From Candidatus Woesebacteria bacterium (GTDB lineage Bacteria > Patescibacteriota > Microgenomatia > UBA1400 > PJMF01): DNA of 64,000 nt. The translations under genes were made by a program, and so were the position numbers. The notes beneath the pieces are model-generated. The model worked only from the letters and a program-made list of their open reading frames with translations. It ran no database searches and was not told where the DNA came from. Where the stretch lies: positions 50,077 to 114,076 of the forward strand of contig JASFHL010000003.1 in assembly GCA_050123235.1 (NCBI GenBank), in the 5' to 3' direction. Positions 20,746 to 31,575 of the stretch are shown here, in pieces. The stretch's first letter is position 1; every line of letters begins with the position of its first letter.

Positions 20746-21948
20746 CTATAAAACAAACTGACCTTTTTTATAAATTAGTTTTTTTGAGCCATCCACCAAA
20801 TATGCTGTCACAGTTCTATCTGTAGTAGAAATTATATCTGTGTGTTCAGCTGACTCGTTAAAGCCCTTAGCTCGCCAGTCTTTTTTCTTTAATTTACCCA
20901 TATCACCGCGGTAGCAATCTTTATATGACATACCAACTGCTAAATGCGTATTACCAAAGGGCCCAGCAATATTTTCATCAAATAAAGTTTCTGCCATTGG
21001 ATGACGGATACGAGACATGCGTTTATCAGTCAGAGAAAATTCTCCAAATTTATTAGCATTCTTACTTTTGAGCATTGCTTGCAAAAATTGATTACCTTTT
21101 TCAGCTTTGGCCTCCACGATGATTCCTTTTTCAACTCTAAGATAAATATTCTGTAAAACATTGCCATAGCGATAGAGAGGTTCATTAAAGCGCACCCAAC
21201 CTTCGATGCCACGCCAATCCGGGGAAGTAAAAATCTCAAAACTGGGGATATTCCTGCCACTGCCACCTTTCCAAATACGATCAGCGCCTAAAGTAACTTT
21301 TAAATCCACATCTGGGCCTTTGACTTCTAAATAATCAATTTTAAGTTTATTAAGTTTATTTTTAATTTCAGTTTGCAATTTAAAAACTTCTTGCCACTTA
21401 GCTATGGGGTCTGCTTTATCCAAAAAACAAGCTCGAACAATTTCCTGCCAATATTCTTTGAGCGATAAACCCACCTCTTTGGCTTTAGCTTCAACTCCCC
21501 ATAGTGCTACTGTCCAAGTAAACTTACCTTGCTGCTCTTTTTTATTTAACCAATCAAAATAAGGTTTTTTAATATCACGAGCCATAATAATTTTTTTAGG
21601 GTCAATTTCACTCAGTTCCCTCGGATTAGGATCAGCAATAATGCCTATGCGGTGATCAATAAGATTGACTTTAGCTCTGAGATATTTTTTGGGAAAAAAT
21701 TTAAGTTGCTGATCATTAGCTAAGCTATAAAAATCTTTAGAAAACTCAGTAGGTAATAAACGTATCAGTGGGTGAGCAGCAGCTTTTAAAAGAGTATTTT
21801 GTAACTCTAATGCCAGTGCTTTTGCAATGTCTGGTACTATGACTTCAACTACTTCATCTTTTTTAACACCTCTGCCACTGTTTAAGGCAAAATTAACTAA
21901 AACATCAGCATAGTTAGCTAGAATTTTTTTTGATGGTTGATATGACAT
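20746..21948 (-). CDS. Aminopeptidase, M29 family
   Basis: NIPSFEIFTSP, GEFSLTD, TLFDENIAG, HLAVG, SAEHTDII. Confidence 0.9.
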   Translation of the reverse strand: MSYQPSKKILANYADVLVNFALNSGRGVKKDEVVEVIVPDIAKALALELQNTLLKAAAHPLIRLLPTEFSKDFYSLANDQQLKFFPKKYLRAKVNLIDHRIGIIADPNPRELSEIDPKKIIMARDIKKPYFDWLNKKEQQGKFTWTVALWGVEAKAKEVGLSLKEYWQEIVRACFLDKADPIAKWQEVFKLQTEIKNKLNKLKIDYLEVKGPDVDLKVTLGADRIWKGGSGRNIPSFEIFTSPDWRGIEGWVRFNEPLYRYGNVLQNIYLRVEKGIIVEAKAEKGNQFLQAMLKSKNANKFGEFSLTDKRMSRIRHPMAETLFDENIAGPFGNTHLAVGMSYKDCYRGDMGKLKKKDWRAKGFNESAEHTDIISTTDRTVTAYLVDGSKKLIYKKGQFVL

Positions 21949-22060
21949 ACAGTAGCTATTTTACCAGACTAATCAAAGATCTTAAGCGGTAACTTAATTA
22001 AGCTGTATTTAAGAATCTTATGAGTTCTTGTTATAATACTTTCATCAAAAAATAAAAACT

Positions 22061-22678
22061 ATGTCAAAAAAAATCAAATTTTATCAAGCTAAAAAAAAAT
22101 TACAAATTTCTGATAACATTTATAAAACTAGTATCAATGGCCTATATTACATAGTCAGCCGAAAGTATACTGATGAACGTGGTTTCTTTTCTGAAATAGT
22201 GAAATTACCTGAACTAGAAAAGGCACTCAAAATTAAATTTTCTGTCAAACAATTTAACTATTCCTATTCCAAAACTAAAGTCGTCAGAGGCATGCATGCT
22301 GAAGGCTGGAATAAATTAGTCTTGGTCTCTCGTGGTTTAGCTTTTTCTGCTTTAGCCGATGTAAATCCTAAATCAAAAACTTTTGGTAAAGTTGAATATT
22401 TTAAATTAGGAGCTAATCAAAAACCAGGCTATGCTAATGGACTTTTTATTAGTCAAGGCATTGCTAATTCCCTCTGCGCTCTTAAAGGCCCAGTCAATTA
22501 TATTTATTTGGTTGATAGACTTTATTGCCAAAGAGATAAAAAAGATGACCAAGCCATCTCTATTTTTGACCCAGATTTAAAAATCACTTGGCCGTTTCCA
22601 GATTCAGAGTTAATTATTTCAAAAAGGGATAAAAATAGTGTTACTTTAAGAGAACTTTATCCTGAAAAATTTAAATAA
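22061..22678 (+). CDS. rmlC: dTDP-4-dehydrorhamnose 3,5-epimerase family
   Basis: DERGFFSE, VVRGMH, DPDLKITWP. Confidence 0.85.
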   Translation: MSKKIKFYQAKKKLQISDNIYKTSINGLYYIVSRKYTDERGFFSEIVKLPELEKALKIKFSVKQFNYSYSKTKVVRGMHAEGWNKLVLVSRGLAFSALADVNPKSKTFGKVEYFKLGANQKPGYANGLFISQGIANSLCALKGPVNYIYLVDRLYCQRDKKDDQAISIFDPDLKITWPFPDSELIISKRDKNSVTLRELYPEKFK

Positions 22679-22683
22679 AATTA

Positions 22684-23271
22684 TTAACTATTATTAAACT
22701 CTTCATTGCTGTTCATATCTGATTCAATTAAATCACGTAAATAAACAGACCTTGGAATTCTTTTATTTCTAGAAATCCAATCTAAATAATTTTGATGCTT
22801 AGGTGAGATAAAAAAATTAAAACGAGTATCTTGTTGATCTGAAGCATAGTTAAGTGCATATTTAAGCAATTCTTTTAAATCATCTTTATCAGAATATTCC
22901 AAAACCTGCAATTTATCATTTTCTACCCCCATAATATAGTGGGGCTCAAAACCTTTGTGATACAAAGCAATTACTGGAGTGCCACTCTCAAGGGCTTTAT
23001 GTAAAAGAAAACCCATAGAAAGACTATGAACAGATAACTCTAAAACTACTACATCTGCTTTTTTTATTTTATTGATTGTTCTTTTGTAATGCTTAATTTT
23101 TTCATCATGCTTGCCGTTATAAAATTTTTGCCTAAACTTCTTACTTTGTTCTGCTTGAATTAATTCATTTATGTTCTCATGACCTAAATCGATAATTAAT
23201 TGATAGATTTTTTGATAATATTTACCAAATTTATCTATTCCTCTCCCAGATGAATCAAAGTAAATTTTCAT
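22684..23271 (-). CDS. Nucleoside deoxyribosyltransferase-like domain plus C-terminal ribbon-helix-helix (putative regulator)
   Basis: MKIYF..S, ADVVVLELSVHSLSMGF, C-terminal RFNFFISPKHQNYLDW...RSVYLRDLI. Confidence 0.65.
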   Translation of the reverse strand: MKIYFDSSGRGIDKFGKYYQKIYQLIIDLGHENINELIQAEQSKKFRQKFYNGKHDEKIKHYKRTINKIKKADVVVLELSVHSLSMGFLLHKALESGTPVIALYHKGFEPHYIMGVENDKLQVLEYSDKDDLKELLKYALNYASDQQDTRFNFFISPKHQNYLDWISRNKRIPRSVYLRDLIESDMNSNEEFNNS

Positions 23272-23431
23272 ATTAAATTTTCTATATAATATATAAATAG
23301 TATTTTAAAAAAATATTGTTATAATATAGAACATTTTTATTAACTTTTTATTAAAAAACCTTTATAAACAGTTAATAAAAATTTCTTTTTTGTATAATAT
23401 CATAATTTATTATTAAATATAAAACAAACTA

Positions 23432-24667
23432 ATGAAAAACAAGAACTATATTCTTTCAGATATATATCGTGTGCCAAAAGATAAACAGCTGAAAAGGAGT
23501 GAAATCTTATATCACGGCTCACTTACTCCTTTATGGTTCAATCTTTATAAATGGAAAAATTATTCTATTAAGGTTAGTTATGCTGATTCAGTATTTACTG
23601 CTGATTACAAAGTGCTTCCTTATGAAAACGAAATTAATCCTCATTTATATAAGCCACTCTTTTACGAGAAAAAAAATGAGCAAACACTCTATATTCAAGT
23701 CACTAGTGTAGATACTCTTTGGCACACGCTGAGATCTCTAGCAATCATCAATGCTCACTTGAGTCTTAGTAATGATATTCCAATTACTGTTAGTTTCTAT
23801 AATAAAGATTATCATCATTTTGCTAGCCATTGGCAGCTTCATGAAAGAGTGATGATTGGCCGTTGTATCAGTATCATTAATTATTTTCGTTTGATTTATC
23901 TATTAGAAAATAAATACCTCGATCGAACTGAATTGGATAAAATTAGCATTAATCTAGAACTTTCTCGAATTAAACCAATTGAAATAAATCAATATGATAG
24001 TCTCTTTGAGCTAGCAGATAAAGCCATTAAACTTGAAAAACTTCAATCCAAATCAAAAGTAGTGATTGGCTATAATCTTTCTTGGCAAAATCAAAAACTT
24101 ACTGTTCTACAGCTACCTTGGGGCGTAGGCATGGCTGAAGAACTAATCAAAGCGCTTTATCAATTACAGCCACAGCTTAAAAAAATCGGCTTGGTAGGTG
24201 GGGTTGGCTACATCGGCCAAAACAAAGCTAGTATTGATGACCTATTTGTACCAGATTCATTGATTAAAACAGATAAAGAAGGAAATTACTCGGAAACTAA
24301 AATTGCTAATTTTTATTCATCAATTCCCAAAAACAAATATTTCCCTGAGGAGAAGAAAAATCTAAGTACAGGTAAAATTTTTTCTGTCATCCCTCTAAAG
24401 GGGGCTCTATCTAGATCTGAGATGGTCAAAAAAAGTCCCATTGAATGCCAAGCTATTGACATGGAATTAAAAGGATTTATTAAAGCTTTTGAAGCAATTG
24501 ACTCAAAAACTGATTTAGCTGCTGTCTATTACATCATGGATACCATTCATAAACTTCAAGGTGATACTTATTATAGTTATCGATTTTTAGAAAAACTGTT
24601 TTCTTCAACTGAGCGAGGCAAGTATGTTTGTATTGAAAAAATTAGCAATTTCTTAACTAGCGACTAA
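23432..24667 (+). CDS. Hypothetical protein with C-terminal nucleoside phosphorylase-like fold
   Basis: IGLVGGVG...IDDLFVP...AIDME...YYIMD follows the PNP/UDP motif order. Confidence 0.5.
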   Translation: MKNKNYILSDIYRVPKDKQLKRSEILYHGSLTPLWFNLYKWKNYSIKVSYADSVFTADYKVLPYENEINPHLYKPLFYEKKNEQTLYIQVTSVDTLWHTLRSLAIINAHLSLSNDIPITVSFYNKDYHHFASHWQLHERVMIGRCISIINYFRLIYLLENKYLDRTELDKISINLELSRIKPIEINQYDSLFELADKAIKLEKLQSKSKVVIGYNLSWQNQKLTVLQLPWGVGMAEELIKALYQLQPQLKKIGLVGGVGYIGQNKASIDDLFVPDSLIKTDKEGNYSETKIANFYSSIPKNKYFPEEKKNLSTGKIFSVIPLKGALSRSEMVKKSPIECQAIDMELKGFIKAFEAIDSKTDLAAVYYIMDTIHKLQGDTYYSYRFLEKLFSSTERGKYVCIEKISNFLTSD

Positions 24668-24750
24668 AAAGTTAAGTCAGCAAGTAATTTAATAAAAAAA
24701 CCGAGAAAAATATCCTCTTAAGCATCGATTCCAAAATAATAAAATAAAGC

Positions 24751-27700
24751 CTAATCCAAAAACTTTAATTCTCTTATTTCTACCATCACCTCCCGGATTA
24801 AATTCTTGAGATCTTCCACATCATCTTGAGGCAAGCTAAATTTTCTTTGTACTAACTTGCCACTCTGTTTACTAGGTTCTACAAAATCAAAAACTCCTTC
24901 TTCCACTTGATAATTAAATGATTTATCTAACTGAGCTAAGAGTTTATAAAACAAAAGCTGGCGTTTGTAGCTTCCACGAATACTTTTTGGCAAAGTTTGC
25001 TCTCTCTCACTCAAGCCAGCTGAGAGAGTACGACCCTCAATAAAGCCCACAGTTTTAGCAGCTCCAGTTTTATAATCTATTACCCTGACTGTTTTTTTAT
25101 TTCTATCTAGAAGATCCACTCGATCAACTCTTCCAGTTAAGGCAATATCATCTAAAACTGTTTTGTGAAAACCACTACCAAAAAACTGCTCCATCATCAG
25201 AATCTTAGGTTGATCAGCTTGATAAAATTGATAATATTGAGTTAAAATTTCTTCACCGTATTTCAATCTTTTTTTAAATTCATTTTCATCTAAAAGCTCT
25301 TTTTCCAGAGCAAGTTTGAAATGAAGTAAAACTTCTGGTAATGGCAATTTTTGTCTTTTTTGCAAACAAGGTTTATACATTTGTTCTAAAGCAAAATGCA
25401 CAGCTGTCCCAAAAGCCATTGCTACTGGTTTAGCCCGAGGAACTTTTAACAAAACATTTTCCAGAAACTCCTGTTTATCTCTCAGATAAGTATTTAAATT
25501 AGTCACCGAAAGCTTAAAATTCTTTAATAACTGAGCAAAAAATTGTTTTTCAGTTGATTTAATTTTTCTTACTTTGGGAGCACTGATGATTTTCTCTAAA
25601 TACTGCTCAGCGTTTTGATTAATTTGTTTTGCCTCATCAACTTCTACTTTCTCTAGTTCATGTAAAAATAGACTTGCGGCCACATCTCTACTGTAATTTT
25701 CAGTCAAAAATGTGGCTGAATAACTAATGCTCACTTGTTTTTTCGCCCTGGTCAAAGCTACATAAAATAATCTCCTCTCATCTTCATTTCTTTCTTTTTT
25801 ACTTAGATCAGTATTTTTAAGGATTCCATCTGGCAGAGGAATCAAATCGCGCTTACGAGCATTGCCCCATTTACCATCAATTAGATGCATCAAAAAAACA
25901 TAGTCCCACTCTTGCCCTTTGGCCTTATGAACTGTGGATAAATGAACAGCATCTTGCCTTAAATTAAGATCTTCAGCTGGAATCTGTAGTTTATGCTCTC
26001 TCATAGTGTCAATGGCAGTTAAAAAACTGGCTAAATTAAAAGCATGATTAGCATTAGCTTGTGATTTGATCTCACGATATAGAGAATTTAGATTAGTTAA
26101 AATCTCTAAACGCTGCTCATGTTTTAAAACCCAATCCAGAAAATTAGATTCTTTTAGCAGGTACTCAAACCATTGAGGAAAAGTCATTTGAGGCTCTTGG
26201 CTTGTCCAAAGCTCTAGTTTAGCAAGAAAGTCAACTAACTTTTGAAAGTCCTCTTCTGGAAATTGATATTCTTTAGCTGCCTCGGCAATTGGCTCAAAAC
26301 CAAGTTTCAATAAATCTACAATACTGTTTTTCTTAAACTGATTTGCCAAACGAGTCAATTTCATGACTGATAAATGATCTAAATTAAAAAAAGGATATTG
26401 CATTAATTCAAAAAATCTTTCATCTTCTGTAGCAGTCCTTAAATCCAAAAGCACCTGCAAAAGAGTTAAAAGTTGATTAATAAGCGGATCAGTAAGAATA
26501 TTGCCACCGCCATCAATTTCATAAGCAATCTCCCATTTACTTAAAATCTGACAAAGCAAATCAGCATCACTATTATTGCGATATAAAACAGCAATCTCTG
26601 CTAAATTAACAGCTTGCTTTTTCAATTTTTTAATTTCTTCGGCAATATAGACTATTTCTAAAGTTTGCACTGCGGCCTCATGGACTTTAATCTTTTTGCC
26701 AGTTCCATGTGGACTTTTGAGAGCCAAATTAAAATCCTTAAAAGCAGTCTCGTCCAAAGACAAACTATTTTCAGCAATCAATTTACTAGCAGCATCATAT
26801 AAAGTCTGACTACAACGATAGCCTTTATCTAGAGTAATAATCTCAGCTTGAGGATAATGCTTAGTAAAAGCTAAAACATTCTCCACTGAAGCCCCCTGAA
26901 AACGATAAATAGACTGATTAGGATCACCAACCACAAAAATATTTGCGTCTTCACCCCAATAGGAAGTTAATAAATCCAGGACACGATTCTGAGCTGAGTT
27001 GCTATCTTGATACTCATCTACCAAAAAATAAAGAATGTTTTCCTGATATTCTCTAAGTAAAAGTTCATTTTGTTCAAAAGCTGAGAGCACCAAGGCAATC
27101 ATATCCTCATAATCAAACTTTAAACTATCTCTTAAATTTTCTTGATATTTTTCATAAATCAGAATCAATTCCTGATTCTTAGCCAATATTTTTTCTTTTC
27201 TTTTTAGCTCAGTTTTAGTGATTTTCTTGTTTTGAAGCAATTTTTTTTGTTTTTTGGGAAGCTTAGTCTCCTCTTCAAGCTGATCACGCAAAGACTCTAG
27301 GGCTTCGGCTTCTGACTTAATAATTTTTTTAAAATCTTTAACTGAAACTCCCTCCCTTTTAAGATTCGCAATGCTTTTAACAATATCTTTTAAATAAAAA
27401 TAAGGCTTATTCAAGGGTTTCAAAGCATGTAAGTCCAATTCATCAATAATTTTTTGCAAAAAATCATAGGATTCCAAAGATGTCAGAGGTTTACTAGCAC
27501 GCTCCAAGGGAAAATATTCAGGATGACTGTCAATTACTTCCTTACAAAAAGCATGAAAAGTATTAATCTGGACATAATAGGCAGCCTTGCCAATCATTTG
27601 TGCTAGGCGTTCTCGCATGTTTTTGGCAGCAGACTTAGTAAAAGTCAAAGCTAGAATAGAACGCGGATCAGTGTCAGTTTGTTTGAGAATATTGGCAATC

Positions 27701-27837
27701 CTGGCTGATAAAACCTGAGTTTTACCAGTACCAGGGCCAGCTAAAACCATCACTGGCCCATCAATTTGATCAACAGCCGCTCGTTGTTGTTTGTTGAGTT
27801 GTTGGTAGACTTTTTTGAAGTAATTTTTAGCTTTCAT
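24751..27837 (-). CDS. UvrD/PcrA-family helicase with C-terminal PD-(D/E)XK domain
   Basis: AGPGTGKT, LVDEYQD, VGDPNQSIYRFQGA, STVHKAKGQEW, ERRLFYVALTRAK; GRVDRVD...IDYKTG. Confidence 0.93.
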   Translation of the reverse strand: MKAKNYFKKVYQQLNKQQRAAVDQIDGPVMVLAGPGTGKTQVLSARIANILKQTDTDPRSILALTFTKSAAKNMRERLAQMIGKAAYYVQINTFHAFCKEVIDSHPEYFPLERASKPLTSLESYDFLQKIIDELDLHALKPLNKPYFYLKDIVKSIANLKREGVSVKDFKKIIKSEAEALESLRDQLEEETKLPKKQKKLLQNKKITKTELKRKEKILAKNQELILIYEKYQENLRDSLKFDYEDMIALVLSAFEQNELLLREYQENILYFLVDEYQDSNSAQNRVLDLLTSYWGEDANIFVVGDPNQSIYRFQGASVENVLAFTKHYPQAEIITLDKGYRCSQTLYDAASKLIAENSLSLDETAFKDFNLALKSPHGTGKKIKVHEAAVQTLEIVYIAEEIKKLKKQAVNLAEIAVLYRNNSDADLLCQILSKWEIAYEIDGGGNILTDPLINQLLTLLQVLLDLRTATEDERFFELMQYPFFNLDHLSVMKLTRLANQFKKNSIVDLLKLGFEPIAEAAKEYQFPEEDFQKLVDFLAKLELWTSQEPQMTFPQWFEYLLKESNFLDWVLKHEQRLEILTNLNSLYREIKSQANANHAFNLASFLTAIDTMREHKLQIPAEDLNLRQDAVHLSTVHKAKGQEWDYVFLMHLIDGKWGNARKRDLIPLPDGILKNTDLSKKERNEDERRLFYVALTRAKKQVSISYSATFLTENYSRDVAASLFLHELEKVEVDEAKQINQNAEQYLEKIISAPKVRKIKSTEKQFFAQLLKNFKLSVTNLNTYLRDKQEFLENVLLKVPRAKPVAMAFGTAVHFALEQMYKPCLQKRQKLPLPEVLLHFKLALEKELLDENEFKKRLKYGEEILTQYYQFYQADQPKILMMEQFFGSGFHKTVLDDIALTGRVDRVDLLDRNKKTVRVIDYKTGAAKTVGFIEGRTLSAGLSEREQTLPKSIRGSYKRQLLFYKLLAQLDKSFNYQVEEGVFDFVEPSKQSGKLVQRKFSLPQDDVEDLKNLIREVMVEIRELKFLD

Positions 27838-27874
27838 ATTTGAATTTTGTGCTAGCTGATTGGATTGTTTATGT

Positions 27875-27986
27875 AGTTGATAGGATAATATTCTAAAGAC
27901 TCACCCACTCTCGCCAGAATGTTCTTCTGCTTTGCAGAAACTCTGTAACGCACCGGGTTCGCTTGTAGAATATTATCCTATCAGCT
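27875..27986. repeat. Dispersed hairpin element family B, copy 1
   Basis: 21-bp inverted arms (20/21). 27894-27952 is the exact reverse complement of 55288-55346. Confidence 0.9.
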
Positions 27987-28026
27987 ATAAATACCAATAT
28001 TTTAACTAAGTACAAAGCTCATAACT

Positions 28027-29133
28027 CTAAACAAATTTTTTAAACAGCATTTCAACTTCATCAGCACTATTAGTCAGCACTAACTCTTGCCGAATCCGGC
28101 TAGCATCCTTGATACCTTTAATATACCAAGCTAAATGCTTTCTCATTGGCAAAAAGCTATATTTTTCATTCATCGCAAAGGTCTTTTCATAAAGCCTGGC
28201 ATGCTCGAGAGCGATTTTGAAAATTGACCTTTGCTGCCTAGGAGCTGCAGGCTGACTTTCTGCATCAGCGCCTTGTTTACTATAACCAGCTGGCTGAGCT
28301 TCATCAAGAAAGACAAAAGGATTACCTAAACTAGCCCGAGCAATTAAAACTCCAGCTACGCCATATTCTTTTGCTTTTACTAAAGCCTCTTGCCTGGATT
28401 TAAGATCACCATTTCCTAAAATAAACGTCCCAGTACCTTGAGCTAGCTTAACTGCTCTGCCAATCTCTTGCCAGTTTGCTTGCCCCTTGTAAGCTTGCCT
28501 TAAAGTACGCCCATGCAGAGCAATGGCTGCTGGCTGCGTTTCTAATAGGGTCGATAGCCAATCCTTAGTAATCACCCGATCAAAACCAATTCTTGTTTTA
28601 ATACTGACTGGAATTTTGCGTTTTGCTTGATATTTTTTGGGCAAAGCTTGATGCTTCTTTTCCACCTCTTGCCAAATCTCTTGAGAAATATCAGCACAAT
28701 CACGACTATGTTTACCTTGGTAGCAATCTTCAATACCTGCTTGAGTGGCTTTGATAATTTTTTGGGCTAGTTTAGGATTTTTAATCAAGGCTGCCCCAGC
28801 ACCATGACTAGCTACAGTTTTAGCTGGGCAGCCCATATTCAAATCGATACCATCAAAACCTAACTCTGCCACCAGCACTGCTATTTGGCGAAAGGCTGCT
28901 GGAGTTTTACCATAAAGCTGGGCTATGATGGGGCGTTGACTTTCATCATATAAAAGCTGTCTTAATAAAACCTTGGCAGCATGACAAAGACCCTCTACAC
29001 TAGTAAATTCTGTGTAGATTAAGTCTGGATTGCTATATTTTTTGACTAAATGACGAAATGGCTGGTCAGTAACTCCATCCATGGGAGCAAGAGCAACGAT
29101 GGGTTTGGGGAGTGTTTGCCAAAAGTTTTGCAC
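28027..29133 (-). CDS. dus: tRNA-dihydrouridine synthase
   Basis: LAPMDGVTD, GIDLNMGCP, VSIKTRIG, LHGRT, GNGD. Confidence 0.92.
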   Translation of the reverse strand: MQNFWQTLPKPIVALAPMDGVTDQPFRHLVKKYSNPDLIYTEFTSVEGLCHAAKVLLRQLLYDESQRPIIAQLYGKTPAAFRQIAVLVAELGFDGIDLNMGCPAKTVASHGAGAALIKNPKLAQKIIKATQAGIEDCYQGKHSRDCADISQEIWQEVEKKHQALPKKYQAKRKIPVSIKTRIGFDRVITKDWLSTLLETQPAAIALHGRTLRQAYKGQANWQEIGRAVKLAQGTGTFILGNGDLKSRQEALVKAKEYGVAGVLIARASLGNPFVFLDEAQPAGYSKQGADAESQPAAPRQQRSIFKIALEHARLYEKTFAMNEKYSFLPMRKHLAWYIKGIKDASRIRQELVLTNSADEVEMLFKKFV

Positions 29134-29209
29134 AAAGAGAGAATCTTAAGGAATTATTCAGAATTTCATTATGGATAACCCACTTAACTAATTTATAGCT
29201 ATATTAAAT

Positions 29210-29485
29210 TTAATATGTTTTGCCTACCTTTCTCAACTTTTCAGACAACCACATTCTAGCTAAACTGGAAACACTTAAATTATAGTGCTGAGCAATTTTT
29301 TTTAATTGCTTTTTTAATGAAGTTTGTAATCTAATAGTTAATACTTCTTTTTTTTGAAAAACCTGTTTAAAAAATTTCACAGAAACCTTTTTCATTTCAG
29401 GTAAATAATCAGTCAGATCATGCTGATCCCAGAAATTAGCTTCTTCTTGAACTGATTTAAATCTAGGAATTTTATTTTCTGACAT
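29210..29485 (-). CDS. CopG/BrnA-like antitoxin
   Basis: IPRFKSVQEEANFWDQHDLTDY plus a C-terminal RHH; overlaps the toxin gene. Confidence 0.8.
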   Translation of the reverse strand: MSENKIPRFKSVQEEANFWDQHDLTDYLPEMKKVSVKFFKQVFQKKEVLTIRLQTSLKKQLKKIAQHYNLSVSSLARMWLSEKLRKVGKTY

Positions 29486-29771
29486 TACTGATTAATTTCC
29501 TTTCTTTTTTACTCATATCTCTTGCAGTAACTACATAATAACTCTGATTAATCTTTCTGACTAAAACAATTGCCAGCAATCTATCTTTTTCAGTTTTCCC
29601 TAAAATAATAAGCCTTTTTTCATAAGTCTCTAAAACTAATAAATGATGATGGCAAGCATCTTCTATCTCTGCTAATATGACTTTGTGTTTGTTGATGTGC
29701 TTACTATTCCAAGAATCCCAAATCAGTCTCTCGACATAGATTTTAGCAATTTTTTTTCGAAGTTGTTTCAT
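29472..29771 (-). CDS. BrnT-like toxin
   Basis: WDSWNSKHINKHKV...ILGKTEKDRLLAIV...VVTARDMSKKER. Confidence 0.8.
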   Translation of the reverse strand: MKQLRKKIAKIYVERLIWDSWNSKHINKHKVILAEIEDACHHHLLVLETYEKRLIILGKTEKDRLLAIVLVRKINQSYYVVTARDMSKKERKLISNVRK

Positions 29772-29809
29772 ACATTATATTACAAAGGAAAAAACTAAGC
29801 CAGTGATTT

Positions 29810-31456
29810 TCATTGAGTTTCCAACTCCTCCAAACTACTCACTCCTTGCTTCTGATAATCAAGTACAAACTGCCAAGGCCCGGCACCATCATCAAGCAAA
29901 AATTTAAAAATACTAGGATTAGCATCTTCATCATAAGCATAGATTTCAAAAAATAATTCTTTGGCTGGCTGAATTACTGGTCCACCAACGCGAGAGGAAA
30001 AACCAAAATTTGGTGATTTTGCTGCAGGAGGACTAGAGCGACTGACTGTAATTAAATACTTGCCAGTTTTTGCTTTAGCTAAAGTTTGAAAAATTCTGGC
30101 AGGGGTGCTAGCTACAGCATCATTTTCTTCAGCATCAGCTTGAAACGCCCTAATCCCGTCTTCATAATTTTGCAGTCCTGCAACTGAATTGCCTTCTTCA
30201 TCACTAATTTCAACTATCAACCCAGGATCATAAACTACGAAAAAGCCACTTAAATCAGTATAACTAGGAATAAAAACCCGAGTGGATAATAAATCCTTCT
30301 GATGCTCTGAAAAAGTCTGATAAGTAAAAGCAGGATCTCTGATTAATAAATCTTGCCCATCTTCGCTCACCCCATCTGCAACCAGAAAATGACCTTTAAT
30401 CTGTAAGATAACTGGTCGTCCTGCTTGAATTTCTGAAATGGCTGTCTCTTTAGCTTGCTCTGCAGCGACTCGACGATATTCTAATTTGGGCAATTTATTA
30501 GTTTCTGTAGAATATTTTTCGCTGATGGCTTTAGCCAAACGCATCACAGCCCACCAATTGATCAAACCTCCGTTAATATAACCATCTTCTTCCGAAGTCA
30601 GCCAATCATCCAAAGTCTTGGGGTTTAATTCCTTGCCATCAGGGAATTTATTTAAACCATAAAAATCTAAAATCATGGCCATGCTGCTAACAGCACAACC
30701 CCAACTCTCAAAAGTAGTGCTAGTAGTCCAATCTGGAGCATGATTAAACTCTAAATCTGCCCAACGAGCATCAAATTGTTGCCAGTAAGTCACTCCCAAT
30801 CTGCCATCATTCGCCTGCTCTTCAATTAAATGAACTACTATATTATCAAACCTGACTAAAGTGGGAGCTTCTAAACCAGTGCCTGCTTTAAGGGCAATTT
30901 TACCTGGCTCTGTTTCATATAAAACATCTGTATAGTCAATAATTTCTTGTCCATCAACAAAAATCTGAATTCTACCTTGATTAAAAACAATCTTCATATG
31001 ATATTTTTTTCCATTTTCTAAAATATAGTTTTTAAATAAATTGGGATTTAAAATACCACCAACTCTTCTTACTAAATTAAAAAAATCATCCACAAAATGA
31101 ATCTCATACCAATGATCATAAGCTTGATAACCCCAAACAAGATTTCGATCTATTCCTTCAATAGGTTCAAAATCCAACTCAAACTCATAATTTGTCCAGC
31201 TATCATCCCAAAACTCATCCTTAGGAAAAAGCTCAGTCACATGACCTTTTAATTCCACAAAGGCCTCTGCCTGACCATCAACAATGCGCCAATAATGCCA
31301 ATCATCTCGCACAACTTCCCACTTCTCAAAACCATTGCTAAAATCATCTTCAAAGACTACAGTCTTTTTAACGGCAGCATTGGCTAGGCTGCTCAGAGAA
31401 AATAATGCCATAATGAGAGTAATAATGATCAAAATTAATTTTTGTTTAAAACTCAT
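29810..31456 (-). CDS. Secreted protein: beta-sandwich (LamG/DUF1080-like) plus C39-like peptidase domain
   Basis: Signal peptide; FEDDFSNG...FDNIVV; QQFDARW...WGCAVSSMAM...GHFLVADG...IRDP. Confidence 0.75.
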   Translation of the reverse strand: MSFKQKLILIIITLIMALFSLSSLANAAVKKTVVFEDDFSNGFEKWEVVRDDWHYWRIVDGQAEAFVELKGHVTELFPKDEFWDDSWTNYEFELDFEPIEGIDRNLVWGYQAYDHWYEIHFVDDFFNLVRRVGGILNPNLFKNYILENGKKYHMKIVFNQGRIQIFVDGQEIIDYTDVLYETEPGKIALKAGTGLEAPTLVRFDNIVVHLIEEQANDGRLGVTYWQQFDARWADLEFNHAPDWTTSTTFESWGCAVSSMAMILDFYGLNKFPDGKELNPKTLDDWLTSEEDGYINGGLINWWAVMRLAKAISEKYSTETNKLPKLEYRRVAAEQAKETAISEIQAGRPVILQIKGHFLVADGVSEDGQDLLIRDPAFTYQTFSEHQKDLLSTRVFIPSYTDLSGFFVVYDPGLIVEISDEEGNSVAGLQNYEDGIRAFQADAEENDAVASTPARIFQTLAKAKTGKYLITVSRSSPPAAKSPNFGFSSRVGGPVIQPAKELFFEIYAYDEDANPSIFKFLLDDGAGPWQFVLDYQKQGVSSLEELETQ

Positions 31457-31482
31457 ATTGAGCTTATTTAAACAGCAGATGA

Positions 31483-31503
31483 TTACAAGAACTGTAATTT
31501 TTA
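31483..31503. promoter_or_regulatory. Palindromic operator-like motif TTACA-N5-TGTAA
   Basis: 21 bp identical at 32573-32593; ATTACA-cttta-TGTAAT also at 46456-46472. Confidence 0.45.
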
Positions 31504-31575
31504 TAAAAGTGAAAACTTAGATCATAGGATAGGCTGTGTCTAAAACTACAGCTTTAGGCGCTATATAATAGTGAA

